The notes under the pieces are model-generated. The model saw only the letters and a list, made by a program, of their open reading frames with translations. It made no database searches and had not been told where the DNA came from. A stretch of DNA of 42,890 nt from the IMG/VR virus record IMGVR_UViG_3300002092_000078, positions 1 to 42,890 of that record, one strand, 5' to 3'. Shown one piece after another: positions 26,341 to 34,548 of the stretch. This DNA is from a virus. Taxonomy: Duplodnaviria; Caudoviricetes. Position 1 is the first letter of the stretch. Every line of letters begins with the position of its first letter. The translations under genes and the position numbers were made by a program.

Positions 26341-26382
26341 CAAATGTAATTAAATTACGTGTTTGATAAATAATTTATTTAC
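26341..26382 (-). promoter_or_regulatory. Promoter (-7 TACATTTG) with adjacent palindromes
   Basis: TACATTTG at 26348-26341; GTAATT-a-AATTAC 26346-26358; TAAATA-att-TATTTA 26367-26381. Confidence 0.55.
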
Positions 26383-26415
26383 GGGGCTCGTGTGCGATGG
26401 CTCATATCTTTGTTT

Positions 26416-26517
26416 GTTCCATAATTGTACGATATGTTACCGAAGGCTTGAGTATCGGAGTGGCGTAAGTTTTTCACGCCGCCACGTAGTACTTAACTAT
26501 ATCGTTGATTATAGAAC
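26416..26517 (+). ncRNA. Candidate structured RNA element 1 (multi-branch, with 5-codon uORF)
   Basis: Follows TATCTTTG (26405-26412); outer stem GTTCCATAATTGTACGATATGTTA / TAACTATATCGTTGATTATAGAAC; inner hairpins CCGA..TCGG and GGCGT..ACGCC. Confidence 0.6.
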
Positions 26518-26583
26518 TCTTCCATAGCCCCGCAGGGTGGCAGCGTGGCCTTAGGCTTCATCGTTTTGTTATATATTTGTGAT

Positions 26584-27036
26584 ATGAACAAAATACGTGC
26601 GCTTAGATTTCTTAAAATCAAGAAAAAAGAAATAGAACGTATCAATGAACCACATCTACTTCTTCAGTGGCAACGCCTAATGCGCGAATGGTGCCTAAAT
26701 ACATTTGGCGAAAACTCTGAAATATATAAATTTATTGCAGCAGAACCGTTGCCAGATGTGCAACTTTCTGGATATAACGACTCTATAGTCGTGCTAAAAA
26801 GTAGAATGATTTATCTAATTGAGGACGGTATCGCGCTCATAAAAAGCGGTGCAATTGACAGTCGTTTTGATAAACGATTTATTGAGGGATTCAAAAATGT
26901 GCAGTTGCGAAAATGGGGGATTGGGGTATTTGTAATAGCCTTTGTGGCTGGGTATGTATTTGGCGCATACAATAATCCGCAGAGCGTATTTTATAACATA
27001 CTCACTAAAAAAGTACAAAAAGTAATTACCGAGTAG
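26584..27036 (+). CDS. Accessory membrane-anchored protein (moron)
   Basis: Likely start ATG 26584, 4 nt after TATATTTG; helical N-domain and C-terminal TM WGIGVFVIAFVAGYVFG; low GC. Confidence 0.75.
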   Translation: MNKIRALRFLKIKKKEIERINEPHLLLQWQRLMREWCLNTFGENSEIYKFIAAEPLPDVQLSGYNDSIVVLKSRMIYLIEDGIALIKSGAIDSRFDKRFIEGFKNVQLRKWGIGVFVIAFVAGYVFGAYNNPQSVFYNILTKKVQKVITE

Positions 27037-27112
27037 CTAAAATGAATCCGAGTACAAATGCAGCTATTGTGCCTAATACTGTTATTACGTAATCTATAGT
27101 TTTTGCTGTCAT
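27026..27112 (-). CDS. 28-aa hydrophobic peptide
   Basis: Manual translation MTAKTIDYVITVLGTIAAFVLGFILATR. Confidence 0.5.
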   Translation of the reverse strand: MTAKTIDYVITVLGTIAAFVLGFILATR

Positions 27113-27166
27113 AAGTCCTAAAGGAATTGTATTGCAAAGATGAGGGCTATCCAGAGGGTCAAAGGT

Positions 27167-27337
27167 TTATCTATTGCCAAGCTGTCGCAATGCCGGATTC
27201 TTTGGATGATTAGGGTGTCTCTTAAAAAAATCCCTTGCATAATTTATAGCATCATCGATTTCTTCATCGGTAGTACCGATGTGTACTTTCTTTGGCTTTG
27301 ACTTAAATACGAGTGATAATCTATCAAAGATATTCAT
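27167..27337 (-). CDS. Small hypothetical protein (56 aa)
   Basis: Manual translation MNIFDRLSLVFKSKPKKVHIGTTDEEIDDAINYARDFFKRHPNHPKNPALRQLGNR. Confidence 0.55.
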   Translation of the reverse strand: MNIFDRLSLVFKSKPKKVHIGTTDEEIDDAINYARDFFKRHPNHPKNPALRQLGNR

Positions 27338-27407
27338 AACAATGCTTTTTAGCCTTTGGCTTTCCTTTTAGAGCTTTGCTCGGGAAGCGTTGGCCGGTTA
27401 TCAATTC

Positions 27408-27503
27408 GTGTTCTATAATGGTTAAGGTATTATGTTAATGCAGGTTTGCTTTGTGCGTTGCTATTGTGCGCCTGCTTACACATAATATCCAATTATAGAA
27501 CAC
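27408..27503 (-). ncRNA. Candidate structured RNA element 2 (long hairpin, with 17-codon uORF)
   Basis: Perfect 12-bp IR GTGTTCTATAAT/ATTATAGAACAC, inner TATTATGT/ACATAATA and GCAGG/CCTGC; downstream of a consensus promoter. Confidence 0.6.
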
Positions 27504-27513
27504 CTTCCTTTGA

Positions 27514-27545
27514 CAAAGGTAGCATAGTCTTATATAATATCCAAA
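27514..27545 (-). promoter_or_regulatory. Bacteroidota primary-sigma promoter
   Basis: TTTG-N20-TACCTTTG right after the terL stop. Confidence 0.75.
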
Positions 27546-27546
27546 A

Positions 27547-28944
27547 TTACCAACTGGCCCAATCACTTGCCGGATTGGCTGTTTTCTGTACAGGTGTGGA
27601 AGTCTTTAGCTTTGTCTTAGATCCTATATGTGTCATCACTGCATACCTGGTGGCATCCCAGCCGTGGTTAAAATCGTCTACAGGTACATTGGTAGGAACT
27701 TTGGCGGCATCCAGCTGCCACGAATACTCTTGCGCCTCCGTCCATAGGTCGGCGCTACAGTCGGTGGTAAGTATCTCCATGCTCTGGAGCTGCTTAATAC
27801 CGGCATCTATACTATCAGGACCTTTCACAGCCGGCACTACGATATATCCCGCCTTCTGTATTTCCCTTATGCTCTTAGGCTCTGCACTGTCAGCATATAT
27901 ACGCACACGCTTGTTTACACCTACAGCTACCATCCGGGCAACCAGATCCGAATTGGTCAGCTCCTTTGCATAGATTAGCTGGTGCCGGAACAACTTACCA
28001 TTATGGTACTTCAGCTCTACTAATGCCAATGGATCACTACTGAAGCCGAAGTCAAGCCCGTAGAAAGATGGGTAAGGCAATGAATAGAACAGCTCCTTTG
28101 TGATGTAGTAGCACTTTTTAAATATTCGCCCTTTCTTGCCCTCGCTAACCAGTCCGAGTACATCCCTGAAGTAGAAATCGGGGTTATACATCGGGTTTTC
28201 TGGTTCTCCGTAGCTCTTGTAGTTCCTTTTAGTGGACTCATTTACATTACGGTAGTTGTCTATATAGTTCGAGTGGATAGATAACAGCTCCGGCATAGGC
28301 TTCGGCTGTGCGTAGTACCATCCATCCAGATCATTAACATCACCCGTGTAATGCTTCCTGATCTTTTCACATGATTGTGCGGGCTCCAGGTTGTAGTACC
28401 TTTTTATCAGCCAGTGATTCTTACCAGGTGGATTGAACAGGCGTAATACCTGTATATTGGCCACCTTGGTAGTACGTATGGAGTCATCCAGCTTTGTGAA
28501 GTCATCTGCATCAACCTCTTCACACTCTTCAATAATCACATGTGTGATACCAGATAACGACTTCAGCTTAGCCGATTGGGTGCCTGATGACTTTTTGAAG
28601 CCCTTACTTATGATGGAATTGCCAGTCGGTAGATATACTACTGACATTTTCTCATCTCTGATAGCGAAGTCTTTCTCATTTAGTTCGCCACGCTCGAAAG
28701 CATCTGTAAGTCTATCCCTGAAATCCTGCCAGAGTGATCCGCGTATGTCTCCATAGATAGCGCGCATGAACACGCCCCTGAAGTACTTCGGCTGCGTAAT
28801 GAGGAAAAGGAAGTAGTCTGTAGCAAAGTAGGAACCGCCACGGGCACGGCCGCCCCACAAGTCTATATAACGGGCCTTGGTTGTGAAAACAGGTCCGTAT
28901 AGCTTGTTAGGGCGTATCGTATATGTGCGCGGCATCTGTACCAT
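27547..28944 (-). CDS. terL: Terminase large subunit (PBSX/Terminase_3-like)
   Basis: LWGGRARGGS, KLKSLSGITHVIIEE, LFNPP, YGLDFGFSSDP, YADSAEPKSI, DDFNHGWDATRY. Confidence 0.95.
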   Translation of the reverse strand: MVQMPRTYTIRPNKLYGPVFTTKARYIDLWGGRARGGSYFATDYFLFLITQPKYFRGVFMRAIYGDIRGSLWQDFRDRLTDAFERGELNEKDFAIRDEKMSVVYLPTGNSIISKGFKKSSGTQSAKLKSLSGITHVIIEECEEVDADDFTKLDDSIRTTKVANIQVLRLFNPPGKNHWLIKRYYNLEPAQSCEKIRKHYTGDVNDLDGWYYAQPKPMPELLSIHSNYIDNYRNVNESTKRNYKSYGEPENPMYNPDFYFRDVLGLVSEGKKGRIFKKCYYITKELFYSLPYPSFYGLDFGFSSDPLALVELKYHNGKLFRHQLIYAKELTNSDLVARMVAVGVNKRVRIYADSAEPKSIREIQKAGYIVVPAVKGPDSIDAGIKQLQSMEILTTDCSADLWTEAQEYSWQLDAAKVPTNVPVDDFNHGWDATRYAVMTHIGSKTKLKTSTPVQKTANPASDWASW

Positions 28945-28948
28945 ATGG

Positions 28949-29521
28949 TTACTTGCCGTCTTCTGAGTAGTCCGTTAAAATAACTCGGTGTTCAGTAATC
29001 GGGATCGCACCGCCATCGGGGCCGGAGTGTTCATGTTTATCAGGCGGGTTGTATCCCAATGAACGGAAAATACCTAATACCGCATTTAGCTTGTCAGAGA
29101 ACTTGACCTTTTTAGTGTAACCCCTTTTTATTGTTTTAGTTCCCTTTATCTCATGCTCTTCTACAATCTCTACGCCGGAAATAGCTGCAGCACTAATATC
29201 ATCCAGATGCTGTATAGGAATCATGGTGCCATCCTCGTTGTACATCCTCCGTACATCAAACATTGCAATCTTAGCCATTTCCCTTATAAGGTCTTCTCTG
29301 GTAATATCAAACTTTTTAGCCATTTCCGCTTTTCGTTCTGCCAGGTACTCTTGTATATAGCCAAATGACAGAAGGCGCGAAGACGTCTGTCTTGATGCGC
29401 CAGGAGAATAACCGGCTTTCTCGGCTGCCTTATAAGCCGGCACACCCAATAGAAATTCTTCACAGAAACGTTGCTGCATCTCCCAAACGGCCCCCGTAGG
29501 TTTCTTATATCCCTGCTTCAT
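28949..29521 (-). CDS. terS: Terminase small subunit
   Basis: QRFCEEFL...AAEKAGYS...SRLL HTH, IAMFDVRRMYNEDG, HEHSGPDGGAI. Confidence 0.9.
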   Translation of the reverse strand: MKQGYKKPTGAVWEMQQRFCEEFLLGVPAYKAAEKAGYSPGASRQTSSRLLSFGYIQEYLAERKAEMAKKFDITREDLIREMAKIAMFDVRRMYNEDGTMIPIQHLDDISAAAISGVEIVEEHEIKGTKTIKRGYTKKVKFSDKLNAVLGIFRSLGYNPPDKHEHSGPDGGAIPITEHRVILTDYSEDGK

Positions 29522-29595
29522 ACAGCAAATATCTTACTTATTTAGTAAATATTTCACTTACTTAAAACACATTATTTTTTGTTAGCTATTGTTAT

Positions 29596-30081
29596 CTATG
29601 CCTTAATATTCAGATAACTGCTGATTGCATTAATAAACTCTTCAGCAGTCCTACAGACAACAAACATGTGATTGTCCTTATTTGCATCCCTGAATAGCTT
29701 CTGGTCATCTGTTAGGTCATTCTTGCCAACCTTCATTTCTATGTACAGGCCGGCATACTTTCCCTTGGGCACACATAAGTGCAAATCCCATACGCCCTGA
29801 AGTTGTCCTTCTGCTTTCATGTTGACAGCTGTTACAATAGATCGCTTGCCGCCATTGGGGATAGCGTACAGGCTGTATATATAGTGTGGGTATTGCAACC
29901 TAAACCATTTGATACATATCTTCTGTAGCTTGCTTTCACTTATTGGTGCCGGTTTATATGTACTTTTCTTTTTAGTCTTCTTCTTTGCACTGTACTGAGC
30001 TGCTATCTGATCTTGATACTCCTTTGGAAGGTCTGATAGCTTAACTGCTGCTTTTGGTGGCGCTGGATTTGTCCAAGTCAT
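29596..30081 (-). CDS. VRR-NUC domain nuclease (resolvase-like)
   Basis: ESKLQKICIKWF...AIPNGGKR...EGQLQGVWDL...LYIEMK...Q; likely start ATG 30081. Confidence 0.85.
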   Translation of the reverse strand: MTWTNPAPPKAAVKLSDLPKEYQDQIAAQYSAKKKTKKKSTYKPAPISESKLQKICIKWFRLQYPHYIYSLYAIPNGGKRSIVTAVNMKAEGQLQGVWDLHLCVPKGKYAGLYIEMKVGKNDLTDDQKLFRDANKDNHMFVVCRTAEEFINAISSYLNIKA

Positions 30082-30091
30082 TATATGTAAA

Positions 30092-30613
30092 TTAATATGG
30101 TAAGTGTTTATCATCCCAAATGATGATCTGTCCTGAAAAGTTTTTACCGCTGAACCAGTCACAGAAATCACCTACAGATAACCCATCATTTTTAGCCAAT
30201 GCATGGCATAAAGTCATGTGCGAATATTGCTGACCGCTGAAGTATACCCAGCTTCCCTTTATTTCTATATCTACTACCCTGGATATAGTTATATCATTAC
30301 TGATAGTGATCATCTTGCTGGCATAAGGTTGACCACTCCATACCCTCGGACTAAACTTGTCACCAGCCTTCCAGCGTTTACCGGCTCTGATAGTGTGTTT
30401 CTTTGGCGGTAAGTCTTGAATAATAACTAATTCACGTACAAAGCTTTCCAATAACTCAATAGGAATTGTTGTATTTAACTGCTGCAGACTCCGGAATATA
30501 GTTTGTACACTGATACCTTTAGCCTTTAATATCTTTTCTACAAAATGTGTAGGTTCTCCCTTTCTCGGGTGAGTCGCAGGAAATGACCTGCTGAATGTCA
30601 TTACTTTGCTCAT
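30092..30613 (-). CDS. ASCH/PUA-like phage protein
   Basis: KKHTIRAGKRWKAGD...WSGQPY...LAKNDGLSVGDFCDWF...GQIIIW. Confidence 0.65.
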   Translation of the reverse strand: MSKVMTFSRSFPATHPRKGEPTHFVEKILKAKGISVQTIFRSLQQLNTTIPIELLESFVRELVIIQDLPPKKHTIRAGKRWKAGDKFSPRVWSGQPYASKMITISNDITISRVVDIEIKGSWVYFSGQQYSHMTLCHALAKNDGLSVGDFCDWFSGKNFSGQIIIWDDKHLPY

Positions 30614-30616
30614 ATG

Positions 30617-31552
30617 CTAATCAAAATGTATTTCGTTAAAAATGTCTTTAATATTGCAGTCGCTGATGATCTTGAAGAAGTGTAGGTATAGCCTCTTTCT
30701 AACCATATGCCTGAGTAGGCTAAATTCATCTCTGCTTACTCCCGGCCAATGGATTGAGCCATAATCTTTGTACATGGCCCTTATACGTCGCATTTCATCT
30801 ATCTCGCTGTAACCCTTCTTTATTTCAGATGCATTTGCCCACTTTATGCGCTCCGCCATCACAACAGCTATCCATTTATAATACTTTTGTCGGCTGGTGA
30901 CCACTATACCTCCTAAACGCCGGAGTAGATGATAGGTACAATCATGGGTATAAATATGCTCCAGGCTGCCAGATAAGTACATCGTATAGTGTTGCTGGAT
31001 GATCGCTTTTACTTCTTCTATGGTGATCGGCTTAACTTCCGACTTAGCGGCCGGCGGCACTATAGCTTTCAATATATCTTGGCCATGCTTAGAATACAAC
31101 TCCTTCTTGCGTTTGACATATGCCACTAACACACATCCTACGTATTCCGCGTTCAGCTCCTTATTCCAATGTTTATACACTTCGGCGTATTCCCCCTGGT
31201 TATTCAGGTAAAAGGCATGACGTATTTCGGAAACCGTAAGACTGTTGAAAGATGGATGAGTCCGAACGAAGCGGCATAAAACATCCAGCTGTATTTGCAA
31301 TTCTGCACTTTCCTTGTCATACAAAATAGCTCCTGACAGGATTTTTATTTCACTCCATAGGTCAACAAGTGCATTAAAAGTATCATCCTCACTCAACGAC
31401 TTGAGCCTCTGAGAATTCATCTCGTTCATCAGGATTGTTAACTCCACCTCGTTTAAGTGACTGAAGGTCGGTGACTGAAGCGCCTCTGTTAGCCGTCGCA
31501 CCCGGTTTTCCCTGAACTGCAGTGCTGTTAGTTGTTGCCTTTGTAGTTGCAT
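30617..31552 (-). CDS. Replication accessory protein (helicase-loader position)
   Basis: Follows the initiator; LTVSEIRHAF...LNAEYVGCVLVAY; the start is uncertain. Confidence 0.55.
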   Translation of the reverse strand: MQLQRQQLTALQFRENRVRRLTEALQSPTFSHLNEVELTILMNEMNSQRLKSLSEDDTFNALVDLWSEIKILSGAILYDKESAELQIQLDVLCRFVRTHPSFNSLTVSEIRHAFYLNNQGEYAEVYKHWNKELNAEYVGCVLVAYVKRKKELYSKHGQDILKAIVPPAAKSEVKPITIEEVKAIIQQHYTMYLSGSLEHIYTHDCTYHLLRRLGGIVVTSRQKYYKWIAVVMAERIKWANASEIKKGYSEIDEMRRIRAMYKDYGSIHWPGVSRDEFSLLRHMVRKRLYLHFFKIISDCNIKDIFNEIHFD

Positions 31553-32300
31553 TAGCAATTATTTTATCAAATTGATTATTAAGATTATTTAACAGGAAGT
31601 TTTGAGGTAACCACTTATCATCTAAAGCCGATTGAAGGAATTTATTCAGTCGCCGTACTGCTTCTATCTCCGTCCATTCAATATTTTTCGATTCGGCCCG
31701 CTTTTGCAGGTTATCAACAATCTTTTTAAAATTCCTCGGGTCTGCATCTTTGAAACTCACTTCACATTTCAGGCGCTCATCTTCTTTGTTGAAGCGATGC
31801 CACTCGGCAACGAGCGCTGGCCAGTGAGGGGTAACGTATTCCGGTGCCTGCTTTTTCTTTTTTTGCTTTTTCGACTCGGTGCCCGGTACGTTAGTACCGG
31901 AATTATCTTTAGTTTCCTTTTTAGTTTTAATACTGTCTGAAGGATTGGCTGGTGCATTGACTACCTTATTGGCTGTTGTATTGGTTCCCTTATTGGCTGT
32001 AAAATTTACAGTGAATGAATAACTCCCAAACTTCTTTTTACTCTGTCCTGACTGGTAATAGATAAGACGCTCCTCTTCATTTAGCTTTGCTTGAATTAAG
32101 CTTTGCCTGATATCTATGAGTGTCTTCTCGCTGATATTTAGTGCTTTGCATAATTCGTCATTAGAAACTGTAAAGATATCTGGCCACTCATCCTCGTTAC
32201 ATATAATACCAAGTTCATGGTATAATGCTTGAGCGCTTGCAGATAGCACATATCTTCTACGTGTTTTAATAAGCCTTTTTGTTAATTCATAACCTGTCAT
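31389..32300 (-). CDS. Replication initiator (N-terminal winged HTH)
   Basis: LSASAQALYHEL...FTVSNDELCKALNISEKTL..IRQSL; internal iterons. Confidence 0.8.
   Translation of the reverse strand: MTGYELTKRLIKTRRRYVLSASAQALYHELGIICNEDEWPDIFTVSNDELCKALNISEKTLIDIRQSLIQAKLNEEERLIYYQSGQSKKKFGSYSFTVNFTANKGTNTTANKVVNAPANPSDSIKTKKETKDNSGTNVPGTESKKQKKKKQAPEYVTPHWPALVAEWHRFNKEDERLKCEVSFKDADPRNFKKIVDNLQKRAESKNIEWTEIEAVRRLNKFLQSALDDKWLPQNFLLNNLNNQFDKIIANATTKATTNSTAVQGKPGATANRGASVTDLQSLKRGGVNNPDERDEFSEAQVVE
31944..32015. repeat. 12-bp iteron-like repeats (putative origin)
   Basis: attggctggtgc attgactacctt attggctgttgt attggttccctt attggctgtaaa atttacagtgaa, beside an AT-rich tract. Confidence 0.7.
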
Positions 32301-32385
32301 GTGGATCTGCCTTTAACTTTTCCTTATGGCAGTATGGCACATACATTGTTATATACCTACTGCCTAACTAAATAGTAATGTTTTC

Positions 32386-32416
32386 AAAATAGCTCCTGCG
32401 TCAACAGGGGCTATTT
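32386..32416 (-). terminator. Terminator-like hairpin upstream of the initiator gene
   Basis: AAATAGCCCCTG-ttgacg-CAGGAGCTATTTT. Confidence 0.6.
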
Positions 32417-32418
32417 GC

Positions 32419-32859
32419 TTATTTCTTCGATGCATCCAGTAGTAACTGCCTGCCTTCATTCTTATGGAGCATATTAGTCGCCATGGTATCCCCGTTTTTC
32501 ATAACAGCGTATGGAAGGAAAATAGTAGCCATATCGGCCTGCTCTGCTTCGATGATCGCACATTGGGCCTCTACCCAATCCTTTATTATTCTCCAACATA
32601 CGCGCATGGCGTGTTCATCAGTGCTGTACTTCTTAGCAGTCGTTTGCTTTGCCAAAGCTTTCTTTACGCCGCGCCAATTAGCAGGTAATTTGAACTGTAT
32701 ATCCATTCCATTTACAGACAGAACGAACGATAGCGCGTACGGGCGTTGATTTTCAAATTCGGTGGATATAGACTTCGCACCTTTGACCACCAATAGCTTA
32801 TTTATCTTAGCTATGGTATCATGTTCGTTGACTTGCGTCGTGTAATTGAGTATTGCCAT
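32419..32859 (-). CDS. Conserved phage hypothetical protein
   Basis: NYTT.V...TI..I..LL...GAK...RVCWRIIKDWVEAQ...IFLPY. Confidence 0.8.
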   Translation of the reverse strand: MAILNYTTQVNEHDTIAKINKLLVVKGAKSISTEFENQRPYALSFVLSVNGMDIQFKLPANWRGVKKALAKQTTAKKYSTDEHAMRVCWRIIKDWVEAQCAIIEAEQADMATIFLPYAVMKNGDTMATNMLHKNEGRQLLLDASKK

Positions 32860-32872
32860 ATAAAATATTTAG

Positions 32873-34537
32873 TTACTTCTTTCCGAAAAGACTGGTAGTC
32901 ATCCTGTCTATTATTTCCTTTTGTATATTTTCATTATTCCCGGTCACGGTATTGGCTATTTCCCGCTTGGCCTCGATCAACTCATATATATCTTCATCGA
33001 TCGTTTCCTTACCCAGCATATACATGCACTGTACGCTATCCTTTTGTCCGATACGGTGAAAGCGGTCCTCACACTGAGTAGTGTCGGCGGCATGCCATGG
33101 TAGCTCTACAAATAAACACCTGGAGGCGGATGTTAGAGTAAGGCCTACGCCGGCGGCTTTGATTGACAGGATAATTACCTTTCGATCTGGGTTATTCTGG
33201 AACTCTTCTACAGATCTGTTGCGGTCTTCGCTGCTGTCATCACCAGTAATAGACAGGGCATGTGGGTAGTTAGCCTTTAGGGCTGCTGCTATTTCCTTCT
33301 GGTGGACAAACACCCCTATTTTCTCACCAGATTCAATTATCTCATCTACCTGCTCGATAACATCCCTCATTTTGCCGCGAGCGGCAATGTTCTTCAGTAT
33401 CCCGATTCTAACTATTACCTCACCCTGCATTGATCTCTGTACCTCGGCATCTGTCTTATCCCGGTATTGCTGTAGGTACGACTTCAGGTTAGCCATAGCA
33501 TCATCATACTCCTTTTGGTTGGAGATATCACATAGAATGATTTGCCTCATCTTGTCAGGTAGGTCTTTAAGTACATCTTTCTTCTTGCGCTGGAAGAAAC
33601 AGATAGAAGATAACTTATAGTTCAACTCGCGGAGGTTGGTAGATTTGCTGCCATTGCCGCCACAATACCTATCCATAAAGTACTTGTACCCGCCAAGGTC
33701 AGGTAAGCGGCCGATAATGTGCAGCTGTGATATCAGGTCCTTTGTCTTATTCACCACAATGGTACCACTCAGGCCCTGCACATATTCCTTGCCCTTACAG
33801 ATACCCATTACAAACTTGCTCTGTTGTGTGCTACCGTCCTTGCAGCGGTGGATCTCGTCTATGATGACGTGGTCGAAGTAGTTAATTGTATCGTTTAAAA
33901 CGATATGCTTCAACATCAACGGTTTTTTCTTCCCGGTCTTAGGATCTACTTCAGTCACTATGTCTTTGACGAAGTACTTCTTCAGACTTTCATAGTTGAC
34001 AATGAACACATTGACCAATCCGAGGTTATAATATTGTGTCCAGGTCTTTTTTATGGAGTCTGTTAATATTATTGACTTTCGGCCGGCCACTATCTGCCAT
34101 TCCTTTTGCCAGTTATATTTCAGCGATGATGGGCAAATAACCAATATACACTTACTACCGGCACCTATAGCGGTGCCAATGGCTTGAGTGGTTTTTCCGA
34201 GGCCTGGCTCATCACCATTGAAGAAACGCTTGTTGATAATACCGTATGCCATGCCCTGTGACTGGTAGGGATATGGCTGTCTAACCAGCGGGAGTGGCTC
34301 GGATAGATCAGGCATCGGTGGCACTTCGGATATTATCTCGGGCTCTACGGCTGTGTGGTTTACCTTCATGTACTTACGCATGAGGTTGTCTACCTCTGCC
34401 TTCTGATCTTTTGGTATTGCCCAACACTTTTTTGTACCCATGAAGAAGCGGCCGGGTATTCTTTTTACATCGGCTATGATTCGCTGATTGTAGTCGAACT
34501 GAATTTCAAAGTAATTGTCACTTTCGTATACTTGCAT
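32873..34537 (-). CDS. SNF2-family helicase (HARP/SMARCAL1-like)
   Basis: GDEPGLGKT, IIDEIH, LSGT, AAGVGLTLT, QCEDRFHRIGQ; likely start ATG 34537. Confidence 0.9.
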   Translation of the reverse strand: MQVYESDNYFEIQFDYNQRIIADVKRIPGRFFMGTKKCWAIPKDQKAEVDNLMRKYMKVNHTAVEPEIISEVPPMPDLSEPLPLVRQPYPYQSQGMAYGIINKRFFNGDEPGLGKTTQAIGTAIGAGSKCILVICPSSLKYNWQKEWQIVAGRKSIILTDSIKKTWTQYYNLGLVNVFIVNYESLKKYFVKDIVTEVDPKTGKKKPLMLKHIVLNDTINYFDHVIIDEIHRCKDGSTQQSKFVMGICKGKEYVQGLSGTIVVNKTKDLISQLHIIGRLPDLGGYKYFMDRYCGGNGSKSTNLRELNYKLSSICFFQRKKKDVLKDLPDKMRQIILCDISNQKEYDDAMANLKSYLQQYRDKTDAEVQRSMQGEVIVRIGILKNIAARGKMRDVIEQVDEIIESGEKIGVFVHQKEIAAALKANYPHALSITGDDSSEDRNRSVEEFQNNPDRKVIILSIKAAGVGLTLTSASRCLFVELPWHAADTTQCEDRFHRIGQKDSVQCMYMLGKETIDEDIYELIEAKREIANTVTGNNENIQKEIIDRMTTSLFGKK

Positions 34538-34548
34538 CTGTAGTATTT

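Noticed and set aside
26416-27503. Stem-loop elements as Cas13b/Cas9 repeat mimics or integron attC sites
   Set aside because: Ends are GTTC...GAAC rather than GTTG...CAAC, and no RYYYAAC/GTTRRRY arrangement is present; not supportable without a search.
27446-27973. 175-aa plus-strand ORF
   Set aside because: Mostly antisense to terL, TTG start, no support.
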